A stretch of DNA of 64,000 bases from Iphione sp. A-MEVVRFRX5 (GCA_976226885.1 OZ320313.1:106206001-106270000); one strand, 5' to 3'; counted from the first letter of the stretch, positions 1-13,439 are shown. A program made the numbers and translations. Notes: a model not told the origin generated them from the letters alone.

Positions 1-399
1 GGAGGAGGACGGTCGAGGATGTACGGTGGGAGGCAAGTCCGGGGGTTAATGCGAAGAAAGGGGCTGCTGTGGCCGGTGGGACTCTACAGGGGATAAAAGG
101 CCACCTACGAGTTACAATGATCAACTTTCCCACTCTAATGTGGATATGTCCTCACACATGTCCTTATGTCCTTGAAGGTTGGGTAGTCCTAGGTATCAAT
201 GCCTGACGCTCTCAGCCACCTCCTCTTCCTCCTCCAGTGTTCTTCAACTCCTCCTTACTACTGCTATATTCTCCTGTCTCTCTCCTGCAGTGATCGGTTA
301 CTTTACCCCACGTTTGACTACGCCCACTACAATCGTACATGCACACTGCCTGGAGGGCTGGTCCCTTTTGCCGCTAGGCTCCCACAATGCAAGGGGGTA

Positions 400-700
400 T
401 AGGCGCCCTGTGCGGCCACCACTAGTCAGGCGGTGCAGGCAGGCAGGCGGGGCGGGGTGGCCGACTGGCGGCCGGGGGTGGTGGGGTACAGGCCCGGCGG
501 GTCTGTAGGTAGCTGCGGTCGCGGCTCTATTGCTCCATGAGCGGCCAGGGGGCGGGGTCTTATGGCCATGATTGACAGTTGCCACTCGATCCCGCCAGTC
601 GGCGCAATCAAGGCGCCAGTATGGAAAGTACCAACAGATCCAGGGATTCACCCCACGATTTGTAACTGGAGGGGGCTGTTGAAACCGGACCGCCTCTGCT
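400..700. promoter_or_regulatory. GC-rich regulatory island (GC boxes, CTCF-like motif, PBX-MEIS decamer)
   Basis: Several GGGCGGGG boxes, CGGCCAGGGGGCGG at 542-555, and TGATTGACAG at 569-578. Confidence 0.45.
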
Positions 701-1329
701 CGATATATATGTGCTTTCCCTTTCGTCCGAGCTGCCCCTGAAACTAACTTGTGGATAGCCAGGCATTGCCTCATATACGTAGTGATATGCGTTCGTGTCT
801 GAAATTTGCCTCAGGACAAATTAGATTCAGATGCCTAGGAACGTACAAAAACAGACAGATAGTAAGCAGGCTGATATATATTGACAATGACAGGAACAGA
901 GCGGTTACGAAGGGACAGGACACGCCTGTAGCCTCTATAGTTAGTCTTTAGGTCAGTGTACATCTTAGGGTGGGCACACAGCTACACACATGCACACATA
1001 CACACACATGCACGAAGCAGGTACAAAAGGATCATGACTAATTAACTGCCGTCTGCAGAGGATACTCTTAGGAATCGAGTCTTGTAGCGACACGCATCAC
1101 CATGAGGACCGATGGCGCCGGTAAGGATTGTGCCTGGAGAGAGACCACAGGGAGCAGAAAGGGATTCATATCGTTGGTTGGTGTGGGCAGCACTGGCAAG
1201 TTTAGCGCATAGAGAGGGACATTTACGATTTGATAGAAAACGACTGGTATCGTTGGTTGGATGGAAGTTAGGGGCACAGAAAAAGGACCAAAAGGAGGGA
1301 GAGCTGAATGGAACAGAAGTAGAGGCGAG

Positions 1330-1530
1330 AGTTAAGGATGGGAAGAGGAAGCGGTGCAAGAGGTGGAGGACGAGGATAAGTAGGAGGAAGAGAAGAAGGA
1401 AGGGAAGAAGGAAAAGGAGAAGGAGGAAGAGATAGAGAGGAGGAAGAGTAGGGGGAGGAAGAGGAGAAGGAGGAACAGGAAGAGGCATAGGCGGAGGAGG
1501 ACGAGGAGGAGGGAGAGAAGGAGCTGGCGT
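1330..1530. repeat. Purine-rich (GGA/GAA) low-complexity tract
   Basis: Near-continuous GGA/GAA/GAG repeats. Confidence 0.9.
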
Positions 1531-2320
1531 TCCAATATAGGAAAACGCGGAGGGGAAAACCGAAGAGACAGAGGTATGGCTTGTTATCAGAGAGGAGGAG
1601 GTCTAGCAAACGAGTGCTGAGGTTGGCCTGGCGAAAAGTGCAGGTGGGTCCTGAAAGCCGCCTGGACAAAAAACAGATATGGTGGGCTGCCCTAATGTGG
1701 TGACAGCGGATGACTCGGTAAAAAGGCAGAGGAGCTTTGTCTAGTAGCACGAGCTGAGAGAAAAAAGGCCGCGAGACTTTACATGGAAAGAGGGGGCACG
1801 ACGGCCTTCGAGAAGGAGCTGGTCACTTGGCATGAAAATGATAGCTTTGGGAGAGGTCCACGCAAGATAGGAGACAACACAGTGGGATACATGGGAAGAA
1901 TACAGGGGACGGTCCAACATGACAACTGAGAGTGGCTCTGGGTAGTCCAGCATTACAACTCAGCTTTTGCTGCACAATGGGGGGGGGGGGGGAGGAGTTT
2001 GGTTTGTGCCTTCTCTGACATCCCAATGGATGTTTGTCTGATCAAATGGAATATTCCAGCCACTCTTTTCGGAAAAGTCATACTGTAAAGCCGGTTTAGA
2101 ATCTACACATTAATAGTGTTGGATGCATAACCATAGCAAGCAGGACAAACCAGAACATAGGAACATAACTGCCGCCTACCAATGTGTCCTAATCCACTGT
2201 TTACAGAGTTTATCAGATACCAATTTGTAAGAAGGATGCTTGATCGCTTGATTCCAACATAAAGCGGCTCTCAGCCTGGCCACAATGCATCATTGCGTGT
2301 ATTTTAGTTAATATCCTGTA

Positions 2321-2888
2321 CAGGAGAACCCCACCATGCGACCAGTCGCCTAGGGTGACCAGTCGGCCAGTGCGACCAGTTTTACTAAGAACGAACCAAA
2401 TTTCAGTACATTGTCTATGTGGGAGACTCCGCCCATGGCGACCACTGGCTTGGGTGACCATTCGCCCATTAAGACCACTATTTTCAGAACCAAAGTCATG
2501 ATTTCAAGGTGTGTTGGGCGACCACTTGCCCACATACCCAATAAACACTACTTTCAACCATAATATTCAGTTAATTTAGACTTCTTTTCCCATAAGATTC
2601 AGTTAATTTGGACTTTTTCCCCATTAGATTTAGTTAATTTGGACTTTTCCCCCCATAAGATTCAGTTAACTTGGACTTTTTCCCCATAAGATTCAGTTAA
2701 TTTGGACTGTTTCCCCATAATATTCAGTTAATTTGGACTTCTTTTCCCCATAATATTCCCCATAGAGAAGGAGACAGAGAGATGGACATAGAGAGAGAGG
2801 GAGACACCCAATGCCTTAGGCGACCAGTCGCCTAATGCAACCACTTCAGCTCAGTCCCTTAGGTGGTCGCTTTAGGCGGAGTCTCCTG
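2321..2888. mobile_element. Tc1/mariner-pogo-type MITE with internal ~32-bp minisatellite
   Basis: TA|CAGGAGAACCCC ... GGAGTCTCCTG|TA, repeated GCGACCAGTCGCCTA subterminal motifs, and about 6 copies of CCATAAGATTCAGTTAATTTGGACTTTTCCC at ~2558-2765. Confidence 0.8.
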
Positions 2889-5326
2889 TACATTGAAAAG
2901 CAAAACAGAAGATGATAAGAAATATGTTATAGCCACATATTTGACACTGGAAATACATGTACACATTTGTACATGGAAAGCCCGCCTAACAAGTTTTTTT
3001 TATTTCTAGGCGATGGGTCAATCGAGAGTGGCCTGTTAAGAAATCAGAGTACAGTCCAACCTGACAACTGAGATAAGGGTGACTAACTTCAATGCTAAAA
3101 AAAAGACCCAAAGGCAACTTACACTGATATGACTAAGAATATGAGACATTTAATTTCCAGGATTATATACTTTGTGTTAGTTAAAATGATTAAGCTTTTT
3201 TGTCAAAATGACTAATCAAATATGTTGAAATTAACTTATATGCTAGTCACATTGACTACAAGAATTTTCATTTCTAGGAAATTTGTGACTAATCTATCAG
3301 TCTATCTTAACTAACTGGGCATAGTCCTAACAGACTGCTACAGCAAATTTAAGTTCATATCACATAAAAAAAACAGTTGATATCATTTCAGCAGAGTAGA
3401 TATAATTTTTCATACAATCACAAGTAATTGTCCAATTTGGATGCAATAAATATCTAGAGAAAGCTCACAGTCTACCTGATAAGACTATTCTAGATGCTTG
3501 TTAGATCAATAAAGGTAAAGAGAAGAAGTATGGCAAGCTGTCTTAATCATGATGTGTCATCTTCAAAGAATAGAGGAGCAGGAAAATGTGTTATCCATCT
3601 CATTAAAGAGTTCCACAAGAGGATTAGTCATAAGCAACTAACAACTTAGTCTGAGCACTGGTCATCATGACTATCTTCATCAAGTCTAACTTGAGAAAGT
3701 TGCTGGTGACTAAGTTGCGGTGTGCTTAGGTGAAAGGCATGCAGTGGCTTTCAAGAATGTGTGTGTATAGTGCTGACAGTATAGGGTGTGTATACAACGA
3801 CCCGACATGAAGTGCGCAGGTTAATAGTGACTATCAACGAAAGACTGGGCAGCTCTGAGAAGGAGACTATATAGCCCTGTTCAAAAGATGGAGGGAAGCA
3901 GGAAGAAAACAACCACCAACCGGCGGCAGCTAGCGGTTCGGGCCGTAACCCTCTCAGGATAGCACTAAGCTCAACAGGAGCCCGCAGGGAGGAGGGCAGG
4001 GAGGCTGGCTATCCAGCAGGCTTAGAGCGGGACAGAGATCAAAGAAGGATGGAGACGAGCCAAGGTCTGTATTAACCATACAGTGTAGACGGGAGTAGTG
4101 GACGGAAGGATGGCACAGAGCCATCGTTGGAGGGGTAGGGGGAGGGGGGCGCGAACACGTGACGTCCTCACGTCCATTATACAACATGGACGACCAGGCC
4201 TGATTTTAGAGTCGGGTGTACACGTTCCTTGTCTTCCGTATAGGATCTGACCATTTTGGCCATCTTTATTAGTAAAACTTAAATATTATGCATCTAAATT
4301 ATCAGTATTGATAAAATTGTTTTCTAAGCATTCGAATAATGAAGTACATATAGGTAAAATATTCTCATATTATTGGTCTGTCGAGCGTGTTCTAAGGATC
4401 GTCTGTCTTTGGGGAGTTTCATGTACTTCGTTACACTTAATATTTGTACAGTTTTGTGATCAGATTTTCATTTTTTAAAAATTTTTTCTGTATATTTTTG
4501 TCGCCTTGATTACAAAAACTGATTTGTTAAAACATTTTTGGAAGATGCAACAGTAGCCTGGAGACCCTTTCAAAACAATAAAAGCAAAAACAGTGATTTG
4601 ACGTAACACTGTATTTTGATAAGTGGAATATTTCGGATATAGATATATGTCCTTGTATACATGTGTATAAATATATATTACTTGTCATATATAAGTTCAT
4701 GTATACTGCTTCCCTTGCGCTTAAGTTTCTGTATACCGCCTAAATGGTTAATTTATTGTTAAATAAATCACAAAGTCAATGCAACTGACGATGGTACATC
4801 ACTTCAAATGGTGCACAGAAGACAAATAAAGGTTGGAGCAGGCTATATTTTAGGACGAGCAATAAAGGTAAACACCTGACTAGACCAAACAAGTAGGAGA
4901 AGAACGCCAACAGCACACATTACAATAGATCCATGCTATGTACACTGATCAAGGTGAACAAACACAGCGTTAAAAACGGCCCGGCTCATTGTGGGAAACT
5001 AAAACACTCCCTGCTCAGGTGGCAGTTTTTCCCGCTGAATATGGACCTTTGTCCTACTGTTGAATCCATAGCTCTCTCGCCTCTGGTTCTCCATTTTCCC
5101 AACGCTGCGTAACGTTTGACTGTGAAATGTCAGTACCGTATATATGCACATGTATATATACACGTATATATTTATATATATGTAGGTATGCATGTCTAAA
5201 GTTTATGCACAGACCAGAAGTGTGTTTGATTGATTAATTGTTAGTCAAAGAGGGAGAGAGACAGTCAGAGGGAAAGAGAGAGTACGAACAGAGGGAGGGC
5301 TGTTTTGATAGTTTGCATGTGTGTTA

Positions 5327-5855
5327 GGCCCAGTTTCCTTACATGCGGTGATGTCTATGTGTGATTCTGTGCAGTTCTGTGCATTATTATTGGATAATAG
5401 GCTATCAGTGAGAGGTGTTCCATACATGCGTCAGCTGTCCGTGTGCAATGATATATGTATTGCCCATTTTCAAACCAGGTCCGATAATTTCACACACATG
5501 CACATCAATACACAGTAGCATAGGTTAGATTGTCTTTGAATCAGGTGTGCTTGTAAGATATGAGAGATCTGGAGATGGAAAATGGATGTTTCAGCTGGAT
5601 AGACACTGTCTATCATGTGATAGGTGATATGAAATATTTTCTAATTTGCTTACTATTTCCACGAGAACTGCACAATTTCTACAAATATGCTTCCATCTCC
5701 ATGAGAAACCACACAATTTAACCTGCTATGCCTTAACCTCCATGAATAACCCACACAATTTATACTGATGTGCCTCAACCTCCATGGAAATAAGATAAAT
5801 CTCTCTCCCTCCTCTCTCTCTCCTCTCTGTGTGTCTCTGTCTAACTGTCTCTGTC

Positions 5856-5886
<31 letters not shown>

Positions 5887-6036
5887 ACCGTGCGTTTCAC
5901 ATGTGTTTCCTGCAGGTATGGAACGGCCCTGTGCAGAAGGATGTGGGAGACTGCAGGAAAGAAAACAACGCATGGTGACACACACGGACAGCTCCCACAC
6001 CCTCCCGCACCTCAGCACAGGTATGGAAACCAGGCC
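5327..6036. mobile_element. PIF/Harbinger-type MITE
   Basis: TIRs GGCCCAGTTTCCTTAC / GTATGGAAACCAGGCC, TTA target-site duplication on both sides, subterminal GTGTTCCATAC/GTATGGAAC motifs, and an internal ~43-bp repeat at ~5690-5790. Confidence 0.8.
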
Positions 6037-6038
6037 TT

Positions 6039-6082
<44 letters not shown>

Positions 6083-6834
6083 AGATGTGGGGGGGGGGGG
6101 CAGAGAAGGCGCTACTGAGATAGTTACTGGATGGATACATCAATTATCGATTGACACTAGAGAGTCAGAGAGGGAGAGAGAACGAGACAGAGAAACCCAG
6201 AAATACAGTAGACCCTCGATTAGGAGACCAATCTTGGGACTGGCTGATTTTGGTCTCGCCTGTGTTAGTGCTTGGTTAAGAGTATGTGTATGTGTATTTA
6301 TCTTGTTTCAGAGTGTGTGTATGTGTATCTATTTGTGTGTGCACCTTTCCGTGGGGGACGGCGTTTGCGGGCGTCAGAAGTCGCAGTGGGCACGTGCAGT
6401 GGGAGGGCCCGAGGGGGCTGATCATGTGACTGTCATGTGACAGACAGTCGGATGCTGTGGCTGCCACTAGCCGGCCGCTAGGGCGGCGCATCTGTTCCGG
6501 GACCTCATTCATGTGCGCTGACACGCGAAAAGCGACGCAACCGGTGTGCGCTGCGTGCGAGTCGTGGAAAAGGCAGAGCAAGACAGACTGAGAGGGAGGG
6601 TGTTCTGTGTGTGTGGGGGGGGGAGGGCGCCACAGCTACACGGGGAACCAACCCGGTAGTTATATTGGCAGCTACAGGGAGAGATGGCGATAACGGTTAA
6701 GTTCGGGACCTGATCAAGCTGATCGTCTTCGGTCAGAAGGGACATCTATATTGAAATTTTAAATCCTTCCCTAAAAATTATTGTTGATGTAGCGTGCTAT
6801 ACTAAGGGCTGAGGTGATAATAGAGGAGCGCCAG

Positions 6835-6836
<2 letters not shown>

Positions 6837-6885
<49 letters not shown>
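6837..6885. repeat. (GA)n microsatellite; similar tracts at ~6042-6076 and ~7283-7328
   Basis: Read directly from the sequence. Confidence 0.95.
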
Positions 6886-6886
<1 letters not shown>

Positions 6887-7279
6887 GAGATTGTACGAGA
6901 GATGAAAGGGTGTATAGTATCTCCATCCCTGTACCTATCCCTATCCCTATTTCCATATCCCTACCCTTTCAAACATATTTCATGGCTGACTTCCACACAT
7001 ATCTTTGGTTTCAGCTTATAATCTCAAGAATATTTGTGTCTGTACAGCTATCTGGCCGTCTCTCCTTTTTGAAGAAATTTTAAGATGACCAGGAGCGATA
7101 TACAATATTGTATGCCTAACAAAATATGCATTGCACATATTCGCATATGTGCTTCATAGTTTAGTTTTCCTCTCTCGGTTTTAACAACAAGACCCCAGGC
7201 CTAAAGGCGAGTGCTTGGATGATAATGGAAGCTGTTAAGACTTGAGCTGTAATTAACTAATCAGCTTGAAAACGAGTGG

Positions 7280-7328
<49 letters not shown>

Positions 7329-9433
7329 AAGGCTTACTTAACCCTGCGACTGTGTAGAGAAAAGATGAAAGAGATGCAGATGACACAACTGAGAGATATA
7401 TACATGTATTGAGATTGAAGATAGCCTACAAGCACAAAAGCAGAAACTAATGAGATAGGTATTTAAGAGACGTAGAAACTGAAACAAGTTGACAGATAGA
7501 TGCTGTATAGGAGAAATGAGACTCACTAGGAAAGATCAAAGAAAAACCTATTCACCTAGTACTAATACTCCATACAATTCTAACCTGAGACAATTTCAAG
7601 TATGGTTGTTCAAGGACCCATGTATCAGCCCGCACTCAAGGGTGGGAGTCATCCCCGGTGGCCAGCGAGCTCACTCAAAGGGTATACCACCATCAGTATG
7701 TACACTACCATCCTTGACAAATTAGTTTGAATGGTCCTTTCCCATACTACTGTACTTCTTTGTTATACACTAGTACCAGACCATTATGCCATCGCGACGC
7801 TACATGTGTGCACTCACTACCATACGCACACACATGGCGCGCGCTCTTACACACAAACGTTAACACACCCCCGACTGAGGTTTGAGAACACAAATAACGG
7901 TATATCATATCATGGGAAATTGGCTTAAGTCTGCCGGGTTGGCGAGCTTCATGCCAGCATCAAAGAGGAGCGATAGTTCTTAACGGAGAGGGGTTTAATG
8001 TAGTGCCACGACACTCGAGTAGTGTACTATGAATGGCGGGTAGGGGGCGAGTGGCTATACATCAGAGGAAGCCTGCTAATTGTACAGCGTAATAGATCTT
8101 TAAACACATTTACATACACTCTGTGTCAGAGCAAGCCTTCAAACACACATACCCTGTTCTTTTACCAGTGAAGACAGCTTCCGCCATAGTTATGTATGCA
8201 GGCCAACACAAATTACCGAGTACAGTGGCATTCATTGGGGGATTGGGGGAGAGAACATTTCAAACTCCAGAGGACTTCCTTCTCTATACTAGAATGGACG
8301 TGTCTTACAGCACGACGCAAGCCTACCTTCTCTCCCGGAAATGCATTATTCTCTGTCTCATCCTATTACAACTGTGTCCCATAATTTAAAGCCAGATAAG
8401 ACCATTTTCCTACTTCGTCCCTATTTTGAATTACACATTATCATCAAGACTAATAACAACCAGAGGAGATGACGGGTGGTGGAAACAGGGGAAGGGGGTG
8501 GAGACTGGCAAATGAATTGAGTATGCAGATAACACTTAGACCCTCCCAGACTAATTTAAGCATCCTTTTCTATGGGAGCATTCCATTAAGCCTCCCGCGA
8601 AAGGCGCCGCCTGTCTAAGTTGGCGCAGTTTTTGGGACTTAAGCGCCCCAAAGTGAAAGTGACGGTTTCATCGCGCTTTCCCTAGTCATCGCCAGTCTTC
8701 TAACCTCCTGGGTACGTTTCTGTGTCGACTGGGCTGGGAGCTTCGATTACCCATTAGATGTAACTCGCCTGTCACCACCGCCCGCCTCCCCCTGCCGGTT
8801 GACCGGGACTCAGGCGATAATGAAGCGAATGACTAAGATGCCGCTTGCCGCAATGACAAATGTAGGTGGTAATCATGGGTAATTGCATTACCCTCCACGC
8901 CACCTCGCGGGAATATACTTCTCGAAGTATTATGGATCAGAGGAAGTCCATAGGCGGAGTTCGGCTGAGGCGAGGGTTGAGACGCGGGGAGGAATTCTGT
9001 CCGGATGCACACCATTCCATGACTGACGTAGGGTAGAGTCTGGATGGGGTAAGGTTTGATTGGGTTGTTGCCGGTCTTTATTTAGTTGGAGTTGCGTGAG
9101 AAAGGGCCTTACAAACTGACATGACTGGTGTATAGCTATTATGGAATTTCTGAATGGGGTTGGACCATATAAAGTTGCAGATGTATAGGAGAAAAAAGGA
9201 AATATTGGTCAGTTGTGAAAAATCCTAAATTCTTACTAAATTCTAAATTCTTGCAGAAACACAGTTCCGTGGGACACTTTCCAATTTGAAAACATGCCAT
9301 AGGTGCACACACTGCATGCTACATGGAACTAATGTGCATGAAAACACTCTTGTGTTTATCCCAATTCTAAAAAAAACAGTGAAAACCTGCTGTCATAGCT
9401 GTAAAGACATGAATACATGGAAATAAAGCCTAA

Positions 9434-10203
9434 GGCTGGGTGTCCATGTGCGCATGTTGACATGGGGGAGCATATGGGAATGTATCAGGATGTGTTTCTC
9501 TTAATCTTGTAACGTGTCTAATGTCGAGATGAGCTCTAGTAGCCAAAAAGACTGTATTATAATTAAATTTGAGAAAAACAGATGAATAACGTTCACTCCA
9601 AACATACTGATGTAGTTGTGCATGGAATGGTCTCTCTCATATATGCAAAGAGAAAGGGTCTGTTTATTCCAGAAAACATGGGTTTATATATCACAGTGTT
9701 ACATAACAGTTGCTAAAAATAATGCATCTAGACATACATTCCTACGCAGCAAATAAACAACCTTTGGTATACCTCTACTACGCAGTACCCAGTCAAATCC
9801 GGGAGCGTCACAGATTTCTCCCTGTCACGGATCACGGACCGACCCTCTCACGGATCGCTATCGTGGACTGCGTCTAGCCTCTTAGCATTATACGCTCTTA
9901 ATTCATGCACACACTACAATCTGATAACCACTGTATACATACTGTAGTGCATGTATTCACTGTTTTCCCACTTACACGCCTGTTATAATCATTCTGCCAA
10001 AAATACACATGCTAAGCACATGCTGTGTATCATGGAAAATGGGACATGTTTCATTTTGGAAACACACTCACACACAGCTATGCATAGCCATGCATCGACA
10101 CACTTATATGCATACACTCATCATGTTAACCATAGTTCCCAAAAAATATGTACTAAAACATGCATGGACACACACGCCTACATGCGTGCATGGAAACCTT
10201 GCC
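9434..10203. mobile_element. Diverged Harbinger-type MITE
   Basis: Ends TAA|GGCTGGGTGTCCATGTGC and GTGCATGGAAACCTTGCC|TTA; the flanking trinucleotides are not identical. Confidence 0.55.
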
Positions 10204-10369
10204 TTAGATTTAGAACAGCTTTGGCTGGAACAGCACTATATTGCACTATCTATTGGACAGGCTCTTATTGGAACACCCTTGATTCTTTCTGAAACTGTCC
10301 CTGATTGAGATGGGTCCCTATAAGCAACTTCTTTTAATATATGGAAAAGATGATCTGTTCTCCCTAATA

Positions 10370-11236
10370 CAGTCGGACATCTCGATTACGGACACCCTTG
10401 GTTCTACTTCAAATCGTCCGCATTTCAGAAGTGTCCTGATTATAGATCACTTAGTACATTAGTAGCATATGACAAGTGTGTTTGTGAAGTGCTGAATTTG
10501 ACGAGTAAGAGTCAAAAAAAGTGCTGAATTTGACAAGTAAGAGTCCTAAAAGTACTGAATTTGATGAGTTTGAGTCACATAAGTGCAGAATTTGACGAGT
10601 AAGAATCAAAAAAGTGCTGAATTTGACGAGTAAGGGTCAAAAAAGTGCTGACTTCAAGGTGTGAGGGACATCAGAGAGGTCACTGTTTATGCCCTCTGTC
10701 TCCCCCAACCACTCTTTCAATTGTTAACAGAGGTGTGATGTGCATCAGAGAGGTGATCATTGACACCCCTTGCAGGTATAGACCGCTAATTGGCAGGTTT
10801 AGACCGCAAACTGGGGGGTTTAGACTGTGAATAGGTCGGTTTAGACTGATTTCAAGGTGTGAATTCGCATTTCAAGGTGTGAATTCACACAAAAACATGT
10901 ACAGGGGCTTGATACCCTACCCTTTGCGGGTGTCCACAGGGAGACGCTCCTCTAAAATGGGTGTCCTGATTAGGGAGGTTCTCTTACAATGCTTTACTAT
11001 AGGAAACACTTTGGTTCTCCTCCAAATTGTCCACATTTGGGACGTGTCCGCATCCCAGACGTGTCTGCGAGGGGATGTCCTACTGTACTGTCCCTATTGG
11101 AGACTTTTCCTTATGGGAAACGTGTCCCTAAGGTGGCTTTCTTCTAGGTGTTGTGCCACACTAGATTGGAGACACCCCCTAAATGCAGACACTTTCACTG
11201 GGAACCAAGGGTGTCATCATTTCCAAGGTTCTACGG
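10370..11236. mobile_element. Tc1/mariner-pogo-type MITE with internal 31-bp minisatellite
   Basis: TA-flanked, with ~75-bp imperfect TIRs sharing GACACCCTTGGTTC...GTC(C/T)GCATTT...GTGTC. Confidence 0.7.
10488..10652. repeat. 31-bp tandem repeat, ~5.3 copies
   Basis: Unit AAGTGCTGAATTTGACGAGTAAGAGTCAAAA, head-to-tail with no spacers. Confidence 0.95.
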
Positions 11237-12683
11237 TAAACTCCTGTCATCCACAATCTCCCCAAAATATTCACTCACAACAATAACCTACACAAAGTAC
11301 AACTTAAAAAATACACCTTTCATAGACCTGATAGCCCTCTGTAATCTCCTAAAAAGTCAGCAATTGCCATAAATGCTACCCCCTAAGGCGGGTTTCACAT
11401 GCATCCATTTGTAATGCAAGCAGACACATTTTGAAGCTTGCATAACAACCTATGCATAGTACATCTATTAACTCTTTCAGATGTCTCCCTTTGCATTTGC
11501 ATTTCCCCTACCTGTCCAGGTTGGATTATTACACAAACAGATACATTTCTCCATAGGAAAGAATTAAGAAAGATATCTGGTGTCCACTCCAGCTGATTAG
11601 TTCGTACACTCAATGGGGAGTTTATGCACAATGCTCCATTGTGCAGGAAAAGTATATTATATTATATATTATATTTAGGATGCATATGAAATCCGCTTAT
11701 CTCCTGCAAACATCCTCCAATAATGACAACTGACACTACTGCCACTCACACTGTACAAAATGTTTTTGATAGTGATATATCGCGGTGTTGTTAACGAATA
11801 CAAATGCTATACTATTAACACTCTTTATAAGCTAGAATTATTTATAGTAGCTTCATTAGCTCAAAGTACATTGTATTAAATATCAAATCCATAATTTTCT
11901 CTAAACACTATTTATTTCTATATACTAGATATCGGACCCATATTTTCCTGTCAACAGAATTTAAGTGTTTTCAATGTGTTAGAAGCTTATAAACATGTTA
12001 ACACAATTATTTCTAATCAGTCATATAGGTTCCAATTCTATTAACACAGTATCATATATTTAAAAAGTTTTAGACAAAAGGGCTTAAACTAAACACTTGT
12101 TTGTAGATGTACAGCCGCCCATAAAACATCGTGAAGGCTAACAACCTATACTTCTGCCAATGACAACTTTCCACAAAGATTTAACACTAACAAAAACCTG
12201 CAAACCTGCTACCCACAATTCCCTAAAACATTCTCCAATATGACTGATATATTTCACTGCCAGCAAACACCTCCCACAAACACATATAACGACCAACATC
12301 TTGCCCTACTGCTATTGTTCAGTTATGCAAAATATACCACTATTAACCTTCTACCCAACATCTATCACCTACAACCCCCACCAATATTATCCACCAGTCC
12401 GACTCTTATTGTATCCAAGCACAACAGTTCTAAAATGGTTCAGCGTGACTCTCCTATCTTTTCAATGTCTAATAAGCATATTGAAACCTGGGACTAGTCA
12501 CGGCCCAGATTCAAAAACTATGTCAAGCATGCACAGTGTGTTCCTCCAAAATGGTGTTGAAGGTAAACATGCTGTGTAGCAGTCAAGATATCCCAAATAT
12601 GGTGAATTATGGAGAATATAAGGCCAGTAAAAGGTTAGTTTTCATCAAAACCATATCAGAACTGAGTTTAATGATTACTTTTT

Positions 12684-12750
12684 GTGACTGGTCTAGGTTT
12701 TGACACTCATGCCCCTTGGCCTCTTTTGTCAAAACCTTTGGACCAGTCAC
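12684..12750. repeat. 67-bp inverted repeat / hairpin
   Basis: GTGACTGGTCTAGGTTTTGACA - ~21-nt loop - TGTCAAAACCTTTGGACCAGTCAC. Confidence 0.85.
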
Positions 12751-13439
12751 TCAAATCCATTGCCAAACCCTTCAACTAACTCAAAACTCCTCATTCATAC
12801 AGTCGCCAATGTTTGCTGTAGCGTTTGCAGCCCAACAGATTTCTAGGATCCTGTTTTTGGAATAGAGGTCCACACAGGATGAAGTTTCAGCAAAAGATGT
12901 TTTTTTTAAGGATTTCCTGCTATTTGTACAATTTTACCCTAGTGGTACTTGATATCAACCATTCGGGTTTGAGACTATAAACAAGAACAATTACACAATG
13001 TGTTTCATGATAACGCACAGTTGCTTGTAACCTAGATGCTAGAGCATGCGTCTGTCTTATGTTGAGTCGGAGCACATAACAACACAATTGTCATGGCAGG
13101 CAGAATGATTGTCCATTCCAGGAATGATAATCCATGATCGCAATCATCACACTAGTATATTTTATGACCTCAGCTCACCCTTACCCCTCAAGTTCACATG
13201 CAACCAATCACAATCACCAACAACCGCAAGAACATTCGCCGATTATCACACACATTGAACACAATTAACCTATTACCGGCTAGAACAGCTAACAAATAAT
13301 TATGATCCTCTGTAACTAGTTGTTATTACACATGAAAACAATGAATCATAATCTCCACTGCCAGGAAAGTCCACCAAATAAATACCCTCCGACTTATATA
13401 CAGCTGCAACAAGCACTAATCCCAACCATTCCCATCATC

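Noticed and set aside
1042-1953. Long ORFs (148-160 aa) as genes or a retroelement gag zinc knuckle
   Set aside because: They are driven by the GGA/GAA low-complexity tract. The Cys/His spacing does not form CX2CX4HX4C, and no RT follows.
10488-10652. 31-bp repeats as a CRISPR array
   Set aside because: Units are head-to-tail with no unique spacers, there are no cas genes, and the context is eukaryotic, inside a MITE.
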